Positions 1 to 9,560 are shown, counted from the stretch's first letter. The stretch is DNA of 64,000 nucleotides from Deltaproteobacteria bacterium (GCA_016234845.1 JACRNP010000090.1:3434-67433); one strand, 5' to 3'. The notes: generated by a model not told the origin, from the sequence alone. Translations and numbers: made by a program.

Positions 1-750
1 GCACGGGAAGACGATCTCCCCGGGATCCGCCGCGCGGAGGCGCCGGATGTTCTCCTCCACGCACGCCGACGCCGAGCGCCGGTCGCCCGAAACCATGGCC
101 GGGAGTCCGCAGCACGCCGCGTCCCGGAACACCGCCACCGTCTTTCCCGACGCCTTCACCGTCTCGTACGCCGCTCGTCCCACCCGCGGGAAGACGTGGT
201 CGAAGACGCACCCGACGAAGAGCATCGTTTCGCCGGACACCGCCTCCCGTTTGCGGAGCGACCGGATGAACCCTTTCGCCGGGAGCTCCGGGACCGTCCT
301 CCCCCCCCCGATCCCTTCCGGGAACCGGTAGTGGAGGCCGCTCCGGGTGGGGACCTTCGCCAGCAGGAGCCGCTCCGCGGCCGCCGCCGCCATCCGCGCG
401 GCCTCCGTCGCGGCGGGGGAGGCCATCACCTTCCCGAAGAGGACGCTCTTCCACGCCGGTATGCCGATCTCCTCCGCCAGGTCGGCCCGCCCCTTCATGA
501 CGATCTCCTCGACGAGCACCTGGTTCGGGCACGCCCGCTCGCACCGCCCGCACAGGAGGCAGTCCGTGAGCGCCTCCTGGATCGACGCCGCGTCGGGATC
601 CTCCCCGGACAGGGCCGCGTCGACCAGGGCCACCTTCCCCCGGGCCACCGCGATCTCCGCCTTCCGTTCCGGGTAGAGGGTGCAAACCGTCCGGCACGTG
701 CCGCACTTCGCGCACAGCCCGGTCAGCGCCTTGAGGTCGGGGTCCCTCAC
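1..750 (-). CDS. glcF: Glycolate oxidase iron-sulfur subunit GlcF-like (Fe-S)-binding protein, runs off the left edge
   Basis: Manual translation from GTG at 750 (overlaps the glcD stop): MRDPDLKALTGLCAKCGTCRTVC (ferredoxin CxxCxxCxxxC), a second Cys cluster, and CCGLP (CCG domain). Not in the ORF track because it is truncated. Confidence 0.85.
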   Translation of the reverse strand, partial: MRDPDLKALTGLCAKCGTCRTVCTLYPERKAEIAVARGKVALVDAALSGEDPDAASIQEALTDCLLCGRCERACPNQVLVEEIVMKGRADLAEEIGIPAWKSVLFGKVMASPAATEAARMAAAAAERLLLAKVPTRSGLHYRFPEGIGGGRTVPELPAKGFIRSLRKREAVSGETMLFVGCVFDHVFPRVGRAAYETVKASGKTVAVFRDAACCGLPAMVSGDRRSASACVEENIRRLRAADPGEIVFPC

Positions 751-2186
751 CCTCTCACCGCGGCCTCGTCGAGGAAGATCTTCCCGGGATTCAGGATCCC
801 GTTCGGGTCGAAGCATCCTTTCAGCCGCTTCATCACGGAGACGCCCAGCGGGCCGACCTCCATCTCGAGGAACGGGGCCTTCGAGATCCCGCCCAGCGGG
901 CCGACCTCCATCTCGAGGAACGGGGCCTTCGAGATCCCGACCCCGTGCTCGCCCGAGATCGTGCCGCCCATCTCCACGGTCCTGCGAAACACCTCCTCCA
1001 CCGCTCCTTCCGCCCGCCGCGTCTCGTCCGCGTCGGTCCCGGAGATCAGGATGTTCACGTGGATGTTGCCGTCCCCGGCGTGGCCGAAATTCACGATCCG
1101 CACCCTTCGGCGTTCCGCGAGCTCCGCGAGGAACTCGAACATGTCCGCCAGGCGGCTGCGCGGCACGACGATGTCCTCGTTGAGCTTGACCGGGGCGATC
1201 CGGCGAAGCGCCGGGGAGATCGACCGCCGCAGCTTCCACAGCTCGTCCCTCCCCGGGGCGTCGGACGCTCGCCGGACGGCCAGCGCCCCGCCGGCGCGGC
1301 ACGTCTCCTCGAGGAGGTCCGTCTCCCTCGCGACCGATTCCACCGTCCCGTCCACTTCCAGGAGGAGCGCGCTGCCGGTCCCCTCGGGGAGCGCCACCGG
1401 GGCCGCCGCCTGGACGCAGTCGATGGCGGTCCGGTCCATGAGCTCCATCGCGGAGGGGGTGATCCGGGCGGCCACGATCGCGTTGACCGCGCAAACCGAC
1501 GCGCGGTTGCCCGGGAAAAGTGCCAGCAGCGTCGCCGCCGCCTGCGGGAGCGGCACGAGCCGAAGCGTCGCCCGGGTGACGATCCCCAGCGTCCCCTCCG
1601 ACCCGACCAGCAGCCTCGTCAGGTCGTAGCCGACCACTCCTTTCGCGGTGGTGACGCCCGTGCGGACCGTCTCCCCCGTGCCGAGCACCGCCTCGAGGCC
1701 GAGCACGTAGTCGCGCGTGACGCCGTACTTCACCGCGCACATCCCGCCCGCGCACTCCGCGATGTTCCCGCCGATGGTGCTGAATTTCAGCGACGCCGGG
1801 TCCGGAGGATAGAAGAGGCCCGCCTTGCGCGCCGCCTCCTTGAGGTTCTCCGTCACCACGCCCGGCTCGACGACCGCGTACAGGTTCACCGGGTCGATCG
1901 CGACGATCCGGTCCATCCGCTCGGTCGACAGGACGACGCCGCCCCGGACGGGGAGCGAGCCGCCGGAAAACCCGGAGCCGGCGCCGCGGGGGACCACCGG
2001 GAACCGGTGGCGGTTGGCGAGGAGGACGACCTGCCGCACCTCCTCGGCGTCGACGGGGAAGGCGACCGCGTCGGGGAGGAAACGGTTTCCCGTCGCGTCG
2101 TACGAGTAGCAGATGCGCGTCTCGAGGGAGCTCCGCAACCGGTCGCCGAGCAGATTCCCGAGCGCGGAGAGGGCTTCAGGGTGCAT
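747..2186 (-). CDS. glcD: FAD-linked oxidase, glycolate oxidase subunit GlcD family
   Basis: PRGAGSGFSGG, YPPDPAS, STIGGNIAECAGG, GSEGTLG, GHAGDGNIH, GEHGVG and DPNGILNPGK motifs. Confidence 0.9.
   Translation of the reverse strand: MHPEALSALGNLLGDRLRSSLETRICYSYDATGNRFLPDAVAFPVDAEEVRQVVLLANRHRFPVVPRGAGSGFSGGSLPVRGGVVLSTERMDRIVAIDPVNLYAVVEPGVVTENLKEAARKAGLFYPPDPASLKFSTIGGNIAECAGGMCAVKYGVTRDYVLGLEAVLGTGETVRTGVTTAKGVVGYDLTRLLVGSEGTLGIVTRATLRLVPLPQAAATLLALFPGNRASVCAVNAIVAARITPSAMELMDRTAIDCVQAAAPVALPEGTGSALLLEVDGTVESVARETDLLEETCRAGGALAVRRASDAPGRDELWKLRRSISPALRRIAPVKLNEDIVVPRSRLADMFEFLAELAERRRVRIVNFGHAGDGNIHVNILISGTDADETRRAEGAVEEVFRRTVEMGGTISGEHGVGISKAPFLEMEVGPLGGISKAPFLEMEVGPLGVSVMKRLKGCFDPNGILNPGKIFLDEAAVRG
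843..938. repeat. Perfect 48 bp tandem duplication (2 copies), in frame within glcD
   Basis: gcccagcgggccgacctccatctcgaggaacggggccttcgagatccc at 843-890 and 891-938; protein GISKAPFLEMEVGPLG x2. Confidence 0.95.
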
Positions 2187-2230
2187 CGGAAAAGTCTATC
2201 ACGCCGGGAACGACGACGCGGGGCGGCGGC

Positions 2231-2998
2231 TTACCCCTCGAGGGAGTGTATGAACGCGGCGATGACCGCGTTGACCTCGGTGGGCTTCTCGAGCATGGCG
2301 AGGTGGCCGGCGCCGTGGACGATCTTGAGCACGGCCCCGTCGATGTTCGTCGCGAGGTATTGCCCGTACTTGAGCGGCGTCAGCCGGTCGTCGTCCCCGT
2401 TCACCACGAGCGTCGGGACGCGGACCTCTCCGAGGCGGCTCATCGCGTCGAACCCGTTGCACGCGCGGAAGTCGGCGAGGAAGGCCTCCGGCCGGGTGGA
2501 GAGGACGTCGGCCACGACGTCGTCGCGCAGCTCGGAGGCGGGTGCGGAGGAGAGCATCCACCCCACGAGCTCCGGCGCGAACTCCCGGTACCGGGAGGAG
2601 ATCCCCTCGAACACCGCCGGCGCGATCTTCAGGCGCGCCCCGGAACCGATCAGGACGAGCGCCTCGATCCCCGGAACCCCGTCCAGCAAGGACTGGAGCG
2701 CGATCGCCCCCCCCATGGAGTGGCCGGCCAGTACGATCTTCGACAGCCCCAGCTCCCGCGCGAACTCCCCGACCCACTCCGCGTAGGCGGAAACCGTCTC
2801 CCGGGGAGAGCCCCCGCTCCGGGCGTGGCCGGGAAGATCCGGGATCACGATGCGCACGGTCCCCTTCAAGCCCGCCCACTGGTCGCGGAAGGTGTGGTGG
2901 GAGCCTCCCGCCCCGTGGAGGAACACCACCGTGTGCGGGCTCGCCTTCACGCTGTCCTGGAAGTGGACGGTCTCCCCTGCGACGGCGATCTCGGGCAT
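2231..2998 (-). CDS. Alpha/beta fold hydrolase
   Basis: FLHGAGG, PDLPGHARS, GHSMGG nucleophile elbow, GAGH; start MPEIAV chosen after a GGAG RBS. Confidence 0.9.
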   Translation of the reverse strand: MPEIAVAGETVHFQDSVKASPHTVVFLHGAGGSHHTFRDQWAGLKGTVRIVIPDLPGHARSGGSPRETVSAYAEWVGEFARELGLSKIVLAGHSMGGAIALQSLLDGVPGIEALVLIGSGARLKIAPAVFEGISSRYREFAPELVGWMLSSAPASELRDDVVADVLSTRPEAFLADFRACNGFDAMSRLGEVRVPTLVVNGDDDRLTPLKYGQYLATNIDGAVLKIVHGAGHLAMLEKPTEVNAVIAAFIHSLEG

Positions 2999-3111
2999 CG
3001 GACTCCTCTCGTCACTCCGTGGTGGGTGGGAAAAGTATATCCAAAAAACCGGAGCCGGTTTGCGATAAGATTGCAGTGGTCCTTCCCAGTCCATCAAGGA
3101 GCGTTCACCCG

Positions 3112-5133
3112 ATGAAGACGGTCGGCCGGGAAATCATGTGGAACCTGCCGCACGAGGCGGCGGTCGTTATGTACTCCCTCCTGGCGGTGCTCCTGCTGGT
3201 CGTCGCCTGGGGCGCGTGGACCCGGGTCGAGGCGTACCGCAGGGGCCGTGCGGAGCGGGAGGACCGGTTCGACGGCCTCCGAGGACGACTGCTCGACGTT
3301 TTCCGGCTCGCCCTCGGGCAACGGCGGGTGCTCGACCGGAAGTTCGGCGGGCTGGTCCACCTGTGCATCTTCTCGGCGTTCATCGTCCTGTTCATCGTCA
3401 CGTGCCTCGTGGCGGTGGAGTACGACTTCGGGGTGATGATCCTCGACGGGAATTTCTACATCGTCTTCAAGCTGTTCGCGGAGACGTTCGGGGCGCTGCT
3501 CCTTCTCGGCGTCGCGGGCGCCCTCGTGCGCCGCGCCCTCTTCCGTCCGGAAGGGCTGACGCGCGATAACGACGACCTGCTGCAGCTCCTCCTGATCGGC
3601 GCGATCGGCGTCACCGGCTTCCTGATCGAGACGTCCCGGATCGCGGCCACGCACCCCGCGATCGCCCCGGTCTCCTACGTCAGCAACGCCCTCGCGCCGC
3701 TCCTGTTCGGCGGGATGCCGCTTTCGGAGATCCTCTCCGTCCACCGTGCGCTGTGGTGGGCCCATCTCCTGATCGCCTTCGGTTTCCTCGGCTCGATCCC
3801 GTTCACGAAGATGATCCACATGGGGACCGGGACGGCGAGCGTCTTCCTCCGCACGTCCCGCCCGAAGGGGGCGCTCCAGCCGATCCCGGACATCGAGGAG
3901 GAGGAGAAGCCCGGCGTCCTGGCGGTCGAGGATTTCTCCTGGAAGCAGCTCCTCTCGGCCGACGGATGCACCAAGTGCGGGAGGTGCCAGGACGAGTGCC
4001 CCGCCTACGCCGCGGAGATGCCGCTGTCGCCGCGCGACGTGGTCCTCAAGACGAAGGAGCAGCTCGGCGCCGACATCCGGTGCGGCCTCGTGCCGTCCGC
4101 GGCGTCGATCGACAAGTCCACGGGGAAGCGGATCGTCCCCGACTTCGCCCGCGAGGTGTTGACCCCGGAGGAGATCTGGGCGTGCACCACCTGCCGTGCG
4201 TGCATGCAGGCGTGCCCCGTCCTGATCGAGCACATCGACATGATCGTCGACGTCCGCCGCGGGTACGTCGCCTCCTCGAAGATCCCCGACACCGTGCGGA
4301 CCGCGCTCCGGAAGATGGGCGACACGGGGAACCCGTGGGGGTTGCCGCAGGACGACCGGATCGCCTGGGCCGCGGGGGTGGACGTCCCGTTCGCCGCGGA
4401 CGGGAAGGAGTTCGAATACCTGTACTGGGTGGGGTGCGCCGGGGCGTACGACCCGAGGAACCAGAAGGTCACCCGGGCGATCGTGTCGCTCCTCAACCGC
4501 GCGGGGGTGAGTTACGCCACCCTCGGGTCCGAGGAGATGTGCTGCGGCGAATCGGCGCGCCGGATGGGAGAGGAGGGGCTCTTCCAGCTCGGGATGGTCG
4601 AAATGGTGAAGGAGCTGTTCGCCGGCTACAAGGTGAGGAAGGTGATCACCCAGTGCCCGCACTGCTTCAACACCTTCCGCAACGAGTACCCGCAGTTCGG
4701 CGTGAATGTCGAGGTCATCCACCACTCCGTCCTGATCCGGGACCTCGTCGCGCAGGGGAAGCTCGTGCCGCGGAAGGCGAACAACCTCGCGCTGGCGTTC
4801 CACGACTCGTGCTATCTCGGCCGGCACAACGATGTCTTCGACGCCCCCCGCGAGGCGCTGGGCGCCATTCCGGGAATCTCCCTGAACGAGATGGAGCGGA
4901 ACCGGGAGCGCGGATTCTGCTGCGGGGCGGGCGGCGGCGGGATGTGGATGGAGTCGCCGGGGAAGCGGATCAACCACCTGCGCTTCGACCAGGCGATGCG
5001 GACCGGTTCGAACGCCGTGGGGTCCGCGTGCCCCTACTGCCTCATCATGTTCGACGACGCGATCAAGTTCAACAACCTCGAGGATTCGGTGCAGGCGAAG
5101 GACGTCGCCGAGCTGGTCGCGGAGTCGATTTAG
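3112..5133 (+). CDS. Membrane-bound heterodisulfide-reductase-related (Fe-S)-binding oxidoreductase (FadF/HdrE-D-like)
   Basis: N-terminal TM helices with His, CTKCGRCQDECP, CTTCRACMQACP, two CCG domains (CCGE, HDSCYLGR, CCGAGGG); AAGGAG RBS before ATG 3112. Confidence 0.9.
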   Translation: MKTVGREIMWNLPHEAAVVMYSLLAVLLLVVAWGAWTRVEAYRRGRAEREDRFDGLRGRLLDVFRLALGQRRVLDRKFGGLVHLCIFSAFIVLFIVTCLVAVEYDFGVMILDGNFYIVFKLFAETFGALLLLGVAGALVRRALFRPEGLTRDNDDLLQLLLIGAIGVTGFLIETSRIAATHPAIAPVSYVSNALAPLLFGGMPLSEILSVHRALWWAHLLIAFGFLGSIPFTKMIHMGTGTASVFLRTSRPKGALQPIPDIEEEEKPGVLAVEDFSWKQLLSADGCTKCGRCQDECPAYAAEMPLSPRDVVLKTKEQLGADIRCGLVPSAASIDKSTGKRIVPDFAREVLTPEEIWACTTCRACMQACPVLIEHIDMIVDVRRGYVASSKIPDTVRTALRKMGDTGNPWGLPQDDRIAWAAGVDVPFAADGKEFEYLYWVGCAGAYDPRNQKVTRAIVSLLNRAGVSYATLGSEEMCCGESARRMGEEGLFQLGMVEMVKELFAGYKVRKVITQCPHCFNTFRNEYPQFGVNVEVIHHSVLIRDLVAQGKLVPRKANNLALAFHDSCYLGRHNDVFDAPREALGAIPGISLNEMERNRERGFCCGAGGGGMWMESPGKRINHLRFDQAMRTGSNAVGSACPYCLIMFDDAIKFNNLEDSVQAKDVAELVAESI

Positions 5134-5164
5134 CCCCTCACCCATCGAGAGCGATTATCGTTGC

Positions 5165-5198
5165 AAGGGAAGTTGCCGCCCGGCAACTTCCCTTTTTT
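5165..5198 (+). terminator. Intrinsic terminator after the Fe-S oxidoreductase
   Basis: aagggaagttgccg-cc-cggcaacttccctt stem followed by a T tract. Confidence 0.8.
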
Positions 5199-5278
5199 CT
5201 TTATCAACCCGGGTTGTTTTTATACAATCCGTCTTGGCACCCGTTTCCCGCAGAGCAGGTTCCGCCAGGGAGGAAGCG

Positions 5279-6877
5279 ATGACAGTGGACTCCCCGTCAG
5301 GGAACACCCTTTCGAATCTCTTGAAGAAACGATTGAAAACGTTGGGATTTCCGTCGCTGCGGAGGTTCCACGCGGATCGCCCCGGTCTCCGGCTGAGCTA
5401 CGAGGTTCTTCGGCAGGTGGTCTACACGGATCATGTCCCGCGGCCGGAAACATTGTTCCGCATCCTTGAATCCATGCAGTTCTCATCGAGCCAGATCCGG
5501 AAGATCTGCGGAATGCACTACGGAGACTACCTGCCCATCCATTCGGCCGCGGCATCGGACACCCCCGTCCTCGCCTCCTCTCCGAAGGAGTTCCCCGGAA
5601 ACCAGGATCCTCCGCCGGACGAAGCGGGGGGCGCGACGCCGCTCGAGGAACCCGGGGAGATCGTTTCCCGCCTTCGCGCCGCCCTGCCCCGGATACCGGT
5701 CCCGGGCAACGAGGATTTCTGGGAGATGGCGCAGTCGATGGCGCGGATCGCGGAGCAGAAGGTGCGCAGGGCCTCCGCGCGGCACGCGGAGCAGCCGTTC
5801 CTGTTCGCCGGGGAACCCGAGGCGATCTACCAGTTCCTCGTCCGAAGGAACCGGATCCCCGCGTTCCTGTCCCGGGGGGAGAACCTCTCCCTCTCGTTCG
5901 TGGACGGGATCGACTACCGGGACCGGTTCCTCGGAGCGATGCTCGGGTCCGCCATCGGGGAAATGCTGGGAACCGTCACCCTGGGGCTGACATCCCGGGA
6001 CGTGCAGGAGCTGTACGGCGAACCGTCGGAGCTGCCGGCGATCCAGCCGGCGCGGGGAGCGGGGGCGGCCGCGCCGGCCTCTCCCCTGCTCGCGGTTTCC
6101 CTCTCCCTCCTTCCCGACGGGCTGCTGGACCCCGGAAAGACGGCCGATGCGCTGGCCCGCGCGGTCCGGCGGGACGATTCGCCGGGGCTGCTCGGGTTCG
6201 CGAGGAACCTTCTCGAGCGCGGGCTTCCGTGGCACGAAGCCGGTGAAATCCAGCCGGAGGGGACGCCGGGCGTCTTCGTCCTCCCGCTGGTCCTGCTTCG
6301 GGCGGGAAACTTCCGCCGACTGAAGCTCGAGGCGGGGATCCTGGCCTCGCTGTCGCACCCGCACCCGGCGGCGATCGCGGCGGCGATCGCACAGGCGTGC
6401 GCGGTCGCGCGCACCCTTCACTCGGTCCCGGGTTCGCTGGACGTGCTCTCCTTTCCCCGGGCCCTCTCCCCGGTGATCGCCGGAATCGAGCCGGAACGGG
6501 GGTCCAAGCCGAGGACGGGACGGGCGGCCCCGACCGTCGGGCGGAAACTGGGCGCGGAGCTGCCGGCGCTTCTCCTGCGCCGCGCCCCGGTCAACGAGAT
6601 GCAGGAAGAGTTGGGCAACGGAGCCGCGGCCCACGAAGGGATCCCTTTCGCCCTGGGGTGCTTTCTCCGTTCCCCGGGGGATTTCGCCGGCGCCGTGCTG
6701 CCGGCGGTCGGGCAGGGAGGGGACGCGCGCTCCATCGCGGCGATGGCCGGGGCGTTGTCCGGGGCGTACGTCGGCGCGTCCGGGATCCCGGAACGGTTCC
6801 TGTCGTCCCTTCCGTGCCGTGAAGGATTTTCGGATGCGGCGGAGCGCCTCCTGGCGCTTTCCCGCCGCGAAGGGTGA
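5279..6877 (+). CDS. N-terminal XRE-like HTH fused to a degenerate ADP-ribosylglycohydrolase (ARH/DraG-fold) domain
   Basis: DRFLGAMLGSAIGEMLG, SHPHP and GGDARSIAAMAGALSGAYVGASGIPERFL match the ARH fold; helical N-terminus TLSNLLKKRLKTLG..LSYEVLRQVV..PRPETLFRI resembles an XRE HTH; GGGAGG RBS. Confidence 0.75.
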   Translation: MTVDSPSGNTLSNLLKKRLKTLGFPSLRRFHADRPGLRLSYEVLRQVVYTDHVPRPETLFRILESMQFSSSQIRKICGMHYGDYLPIHSAAASDTPVLASSPKEFPGNQDPPPDEAGGATPLEEPGEIVSRLRAALPRIPVPGNEDFWEMAQSMARIAEQKVRRASARHAEQPFLFAGEPEAIYQFLVRRNRIPAFLSRGENLSLSFVDGIDYRDRFLGAMLGSAIGEMLGTVTLGLTSRDVQELYGEPSELPAIQPARGAGAAAPASPLLAVSLSLLPDGLLDPGKTADALARAVRRDDSPGLLGFARNLLERGLPWHEAGEIQPEGTPGVFVLPLVLLRAGNFRRLKLEAGILASLSHPHPAAIAAAIAQACAVARTLHSVPGSLDVLSFPRALSPVIAGIEPERGSKPRTGRAAPTVGRKLGAELPALLLRRAPVNEMQEELGNGAAAHEGIPFALGCFLRSPGDFAGAVLPAVGQGGDARSIAAMAGALSGAYVGASGIPERFLSSLPCREGFSDAAERLLALSRREG

Positions 6878-6897
6878 TGCCGGGGCTCCGCGCGGTT

Positions 6898-7521
6898 TTA
6901 GCCGCCCGCGGCCGCCACGCCCGGAGAGCGGAGCCCTTCGGAGAGGATCCGGTACACTTCGTCCGCGGTGACGGACGGGTGGTACTTCGGCTTCTTCGAA
7001 AGGATGTACGTGCGCGAGAGCTCGTCCATCGCGCCGAAGACGACCCTGCGGGCGACCCCCACGTTCAGGTCGGACCGGAAGACGCCTTCCCGCTTCCCCT
7101 CCTCGAGGATGTCGCTGATGACCTCGAGGTAGTCGAAGAACTTGACGGGGGTGTAGTCCTTCAGGAACTTGCTGCTCTGCCGGAGCTCCACCTGGATCAC
7201 CTCGATCAGCCCGGCCTCGCGCTCCAGAAGGTCCATGTGGTTGTCGATGAAGATCTTGAGCCTCCCGAGAGCGCCGTTCCCGGCGGCGATCCGCCGGCGG
7301 ACGTCGGATACGACCTCCCCCATCTTCTCCTCGAAAAGGGATATCAGCAGGTCGTCCTTGTTCCGGAAGTAGAGGTAGATGGTCCCGTCGGCCACGCCCG
7401 ACGCGCGGGCGATCTCCGCCACCTTGGAGTTGAAGAACCCTTTTTGTGAAAAGATCCGGATGGCGGCGCGAAGGATCCGATCCCGCTTGTCCGCACCGTT
7501 TTTCGGACTCCGCCTGGGCAT
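6898..7521 (-). CDS. TetR/AcrR family transcriptional regulator (FadR/YsiA-like)
   Basis: ILRAAIRIFSQKGF...IARASGVADGTIYLYFRNKDDLL. Confidence 0.92.
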   Translation of the reverse strand: MPRRSPKNGADKRDRILRAAIRIFSQKGFFNSKVAEIARASGVADGTIYLYFRNKDDLLISLFEEKMGEVVSDVRRRIAAGNGALGRLKIFIDNHMDLLEREAGLIEVIQVELRQSSKFLKDYTPVKFFDYLEVISDILEEGKREGVFRSDLNVGVARRVVFGAMDELSRTYILSKKPKYHPSVTADEVYRILSEGLRSPGVAAAGG

Positions 7522-7541
7522 CGACGCACCCCTTTCGTGGA

Positions 7542-7591
7542 TGAATCGTCATTCACCGGACGAAGGTACGCCCGGCGGGAACCGCTGTCAA
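7542..7591 (-). promoter_or_regulatory. Sigma70-type promoter of tetR with a palindromic operator downstream
   Basis: Minus strand TTGACA(7591-7586)-N17-TACCTT(7568-7563); palindrome TGAAT-cgtc-ATTCA at 7542-7555. Confidence 0.7.
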
Positions 7592-7628
7592 GAAGACGGG
7601 ATGCGGTGGGTGTTTCGGTCGGCCCGGT

Positions 7629-8408
7629 CTACTCGCGGAAACCGAGCCGCGCGGAGAGAGCCTTCGCCGCACGGTCGACTTCGGGTCCGACCACCTGGGC
7701 GATCCGGTCGTCCGGGAGCCGGTGCGCGGGTCCCGTGACGCTGATCGCCCCCACCACCTTGCGGGTGTAGTCCTGGATGGGGCTGGCGATGCACCGAAGC
7801 CCCTCTTCGAACTCCTCGAGGTCGGTGGCGTACCCCCTCTCCCGCGCGGAGGAAAGGTCCTTCAGGATTTCGGCGACCTGCACCTTGGTGTTCTTCGTGA
7901 ACCGGGGGACCTCCCCGGAGAACCGCTTGGAGAGCTCCTCGTCCGAATCGAACAGGACCAGCGCCTTCCCGGCGGCCGTTGCGTGGATCGGCATGTGGAG
8001 TCCCACGCGGGACACGACCCGCACGGTGGACGTGGTCTCCACCGCGTCGAGGTAAACGACCTCGTTCCCCCGCAGGATGGAGATGTAGCTCGTCTCGCCG
8101 GTCGTTCCGGCAAGTTCCTCGAGGATGGACTTCGCCTGTTTCAGCAACCCCCGCTGCCGGATGAAAGTCTGCCCCAGCTCGAGGCACTTGATCCCGAGCC
8201 GGTAATTGTCGTTCGAACGGTTCTGCTCGATGTAATTCCTGGACTGGAGGGTGGCGAGGATTCGGAAGACGTTGTTTTTATGCAGCTTTAGCTTCTTGCT
8301 GAGCTCGGTGACGCCGAGCTCGTCCATGTCGCCCCGGAACTCCTCGAGCACGTCGAGTGCGTGTGCGACGGACTGGATGATATAGTTCGACTTGTCTCGG
8401 CGTACCAT
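7629..8408 (-). CDS. IclR family transcriptional regulator
   Basis: IQSVAHALDVLE, N-terminal HTH, HATAAGKALV, RERGYATDLEEFEEGLRCIASPI. Confidence 0.93.
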   Translation of the reverse strand: MVRRDKSNYIIQSVAHALDVLEEFRGDMDELGVTELSKKLKLHKNNVFRILATLQSRNYIEQNRSNDNYRLGIKCLELGQTFIRQRGLLKQAKSILEELAGTTGETSYISILRGNEVVYLDAVETTSTVRVVSRVGLHMPIHATAAGKALVLFDSDEELSKRFSGEVPRFTKNTKVQVAEILKDLSSARERGYATDLEEFEEGLRCIASPIQDYTRKVVGAISVTGPAHRLPDDRIAQVVGPEVDRAAKALSARLGFRE

Positions 8409-8434
8409 GGAAATGGATCCCCCCGGCCAATCGC

Positions 8435-8490
8435 TGTTTTATTGAAAAACAAACACTGTTAGATATATTGGAACGAGGGGCACGTGTCAA
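8435..8490 (-). promoter_or_regulatory. Putative iclR promoter/operator
   Basis: Minus strand TTGACA (8490-8485) with an AT-rich -10 region; palindrome TGTTTT-N5-AAAACA at 8435-8451. Confidence 0.5.
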
Positions 8491-8523
8491 CAAAAAGATG
8501 GAACCGTATCGCGTTCGGCGAAT

Positions 8524-9090
8524 CTACTTGAACTTCGGCTTCGTGGACTCCTTCATCGACCGCATCCGCGCGATCTCGGCTTTCAGGCTGTCCCGGTACG
8601 GATAGTCCGGCACGTTTTCCAGGAGCCCCTCCCAGGCCTTCACCCCGCCCTCCAGGTCGTGCTTGTCGTTGACCAGGATCACGCCGAGGTTGTACCGCGA
8701 CTGGGCATGGCGCGGATTCATGGAGATCGCCTTCCGCAGCTCCTCGATCGCGCGGTCGAAATTCCCCGTCCGGCGCAGGCAGACCGCCATGTCCGTGCGC
8801 ACGTTGGCGTTCGAGGGGTCCGCGGCAAGCGCCTTCTGGTAGCTGGAGATGGCGAGAAGGTCCTGCTTCGTGTCGAAGTAGAGGTTCCCGATCCCGATCA
8901 GCGCCTGCAGGTTTCCGGGATCCTTCCGCAGGATCTCCTTGTAGGTTTCGATCTCCGCCAGCGCGTTGAGCCGGATCGGCTCGCCGTCGCCCGCGGGCTG
9001 GGGGGGCTGGCTCTTCTTGCAACCGGCGAGCGGAAAGAGCACCGTGAGAAGCAGCATGGCGACGATCCGGGGAATCCGTTTCGACCTCAT
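8524..9090 (-). CDS. TPR-repeat lipoprotein
   Basis: Lipobox LAGC; TPR repeats (ALIGIGNLYFD, YQKALAADPSN, RYNLGVIL). Confidence 0.85.
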   Translation of the reverse strand: MRSKRIPRIVAMLLLTVLFPLAGCKKSQPPQPAGDGEPIRLNALAEIETYKEILRKDPGNLQALIGIGNLYFDTKQDLLAISSYQKALAADPSNANVRTDMAVCLRRTGNFDRAIEELRKAISMNPRHAQSRYNLGVILVNDKHDLEGGVKAWEGLLENVPDYPYRDSLKAEIARMRSMKESTKPKFK

Positions 9091-9560
9091 AGGGCCATCA
9101 CCTCGAGTGGGTCTTCGCACGCAGCGAGCAGCTGCGCGACGGTCCTGCCTCCGGGGGGGACGATCGCGTCCGGGGCGACGTCCGACACGGGGAGCAGGCA
9201 GAACCGCCGGACCGCCATGGATTCGTGGGGGATCGAAAGTCCCGGCTCCGAAACGACGGAATCCCCCATCAGGATGATGTCGACGTCGAGCGGACGCGGT
9301 CCCCACCGGGCGCCGCCCCGCCGCCCCGCCGCCTCCTCCAGCCGCTTCGCCAGGGCCAGCAGCCCGCGGGGGGACAGGTCCGTGGAGAGGCGGACCGCCA
9401 GGTTCAGGAACCACGGCTGATGGGCCCTGCCGGACGGCTCGCTGGCGTACATCCGGGACACCGCGCGCACTTCCGATTCGCGCCCCAGGGCGGCGACCGC
9501 GTCCCGTATCCGGCGGACGCGGCGCCCCTGGTTGCTGCCGAGCAGGAGGACGGCGTCCAC
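9087..9560 (-). CDS. folK: 2-amino-4-hydroxy-6-hydroxymethyldihydropteridine diphosphokinase
   Basis: LLLGSNQG, FLNLAV, RWGPRPLDVDII, IPH..RRFCLLP; GTG start. Confidence 0.92.
   Translation of the reverse strand: MDAVLLLGSNQGRRVRRIRDAVAALGRESEVRAVSRMYASEPSGRAHQPWFLNLAVRLSTDLSPRGLLALAKRLEEAAGRRGGARWGPRPLDVDIILMGDSVVSEPGLSIPHESMAVRRFCLLPVSDVAPDAIVPPGGRTVAQLLAACEDPLEVMAL

Noticed and set aside
301..309. C9 tract in glcF (also G9 at 32148-32156 near the aroE start) as phase-variation sites
   Set aside because: Short homopolymers are expected at this GC content and the frames appear intact
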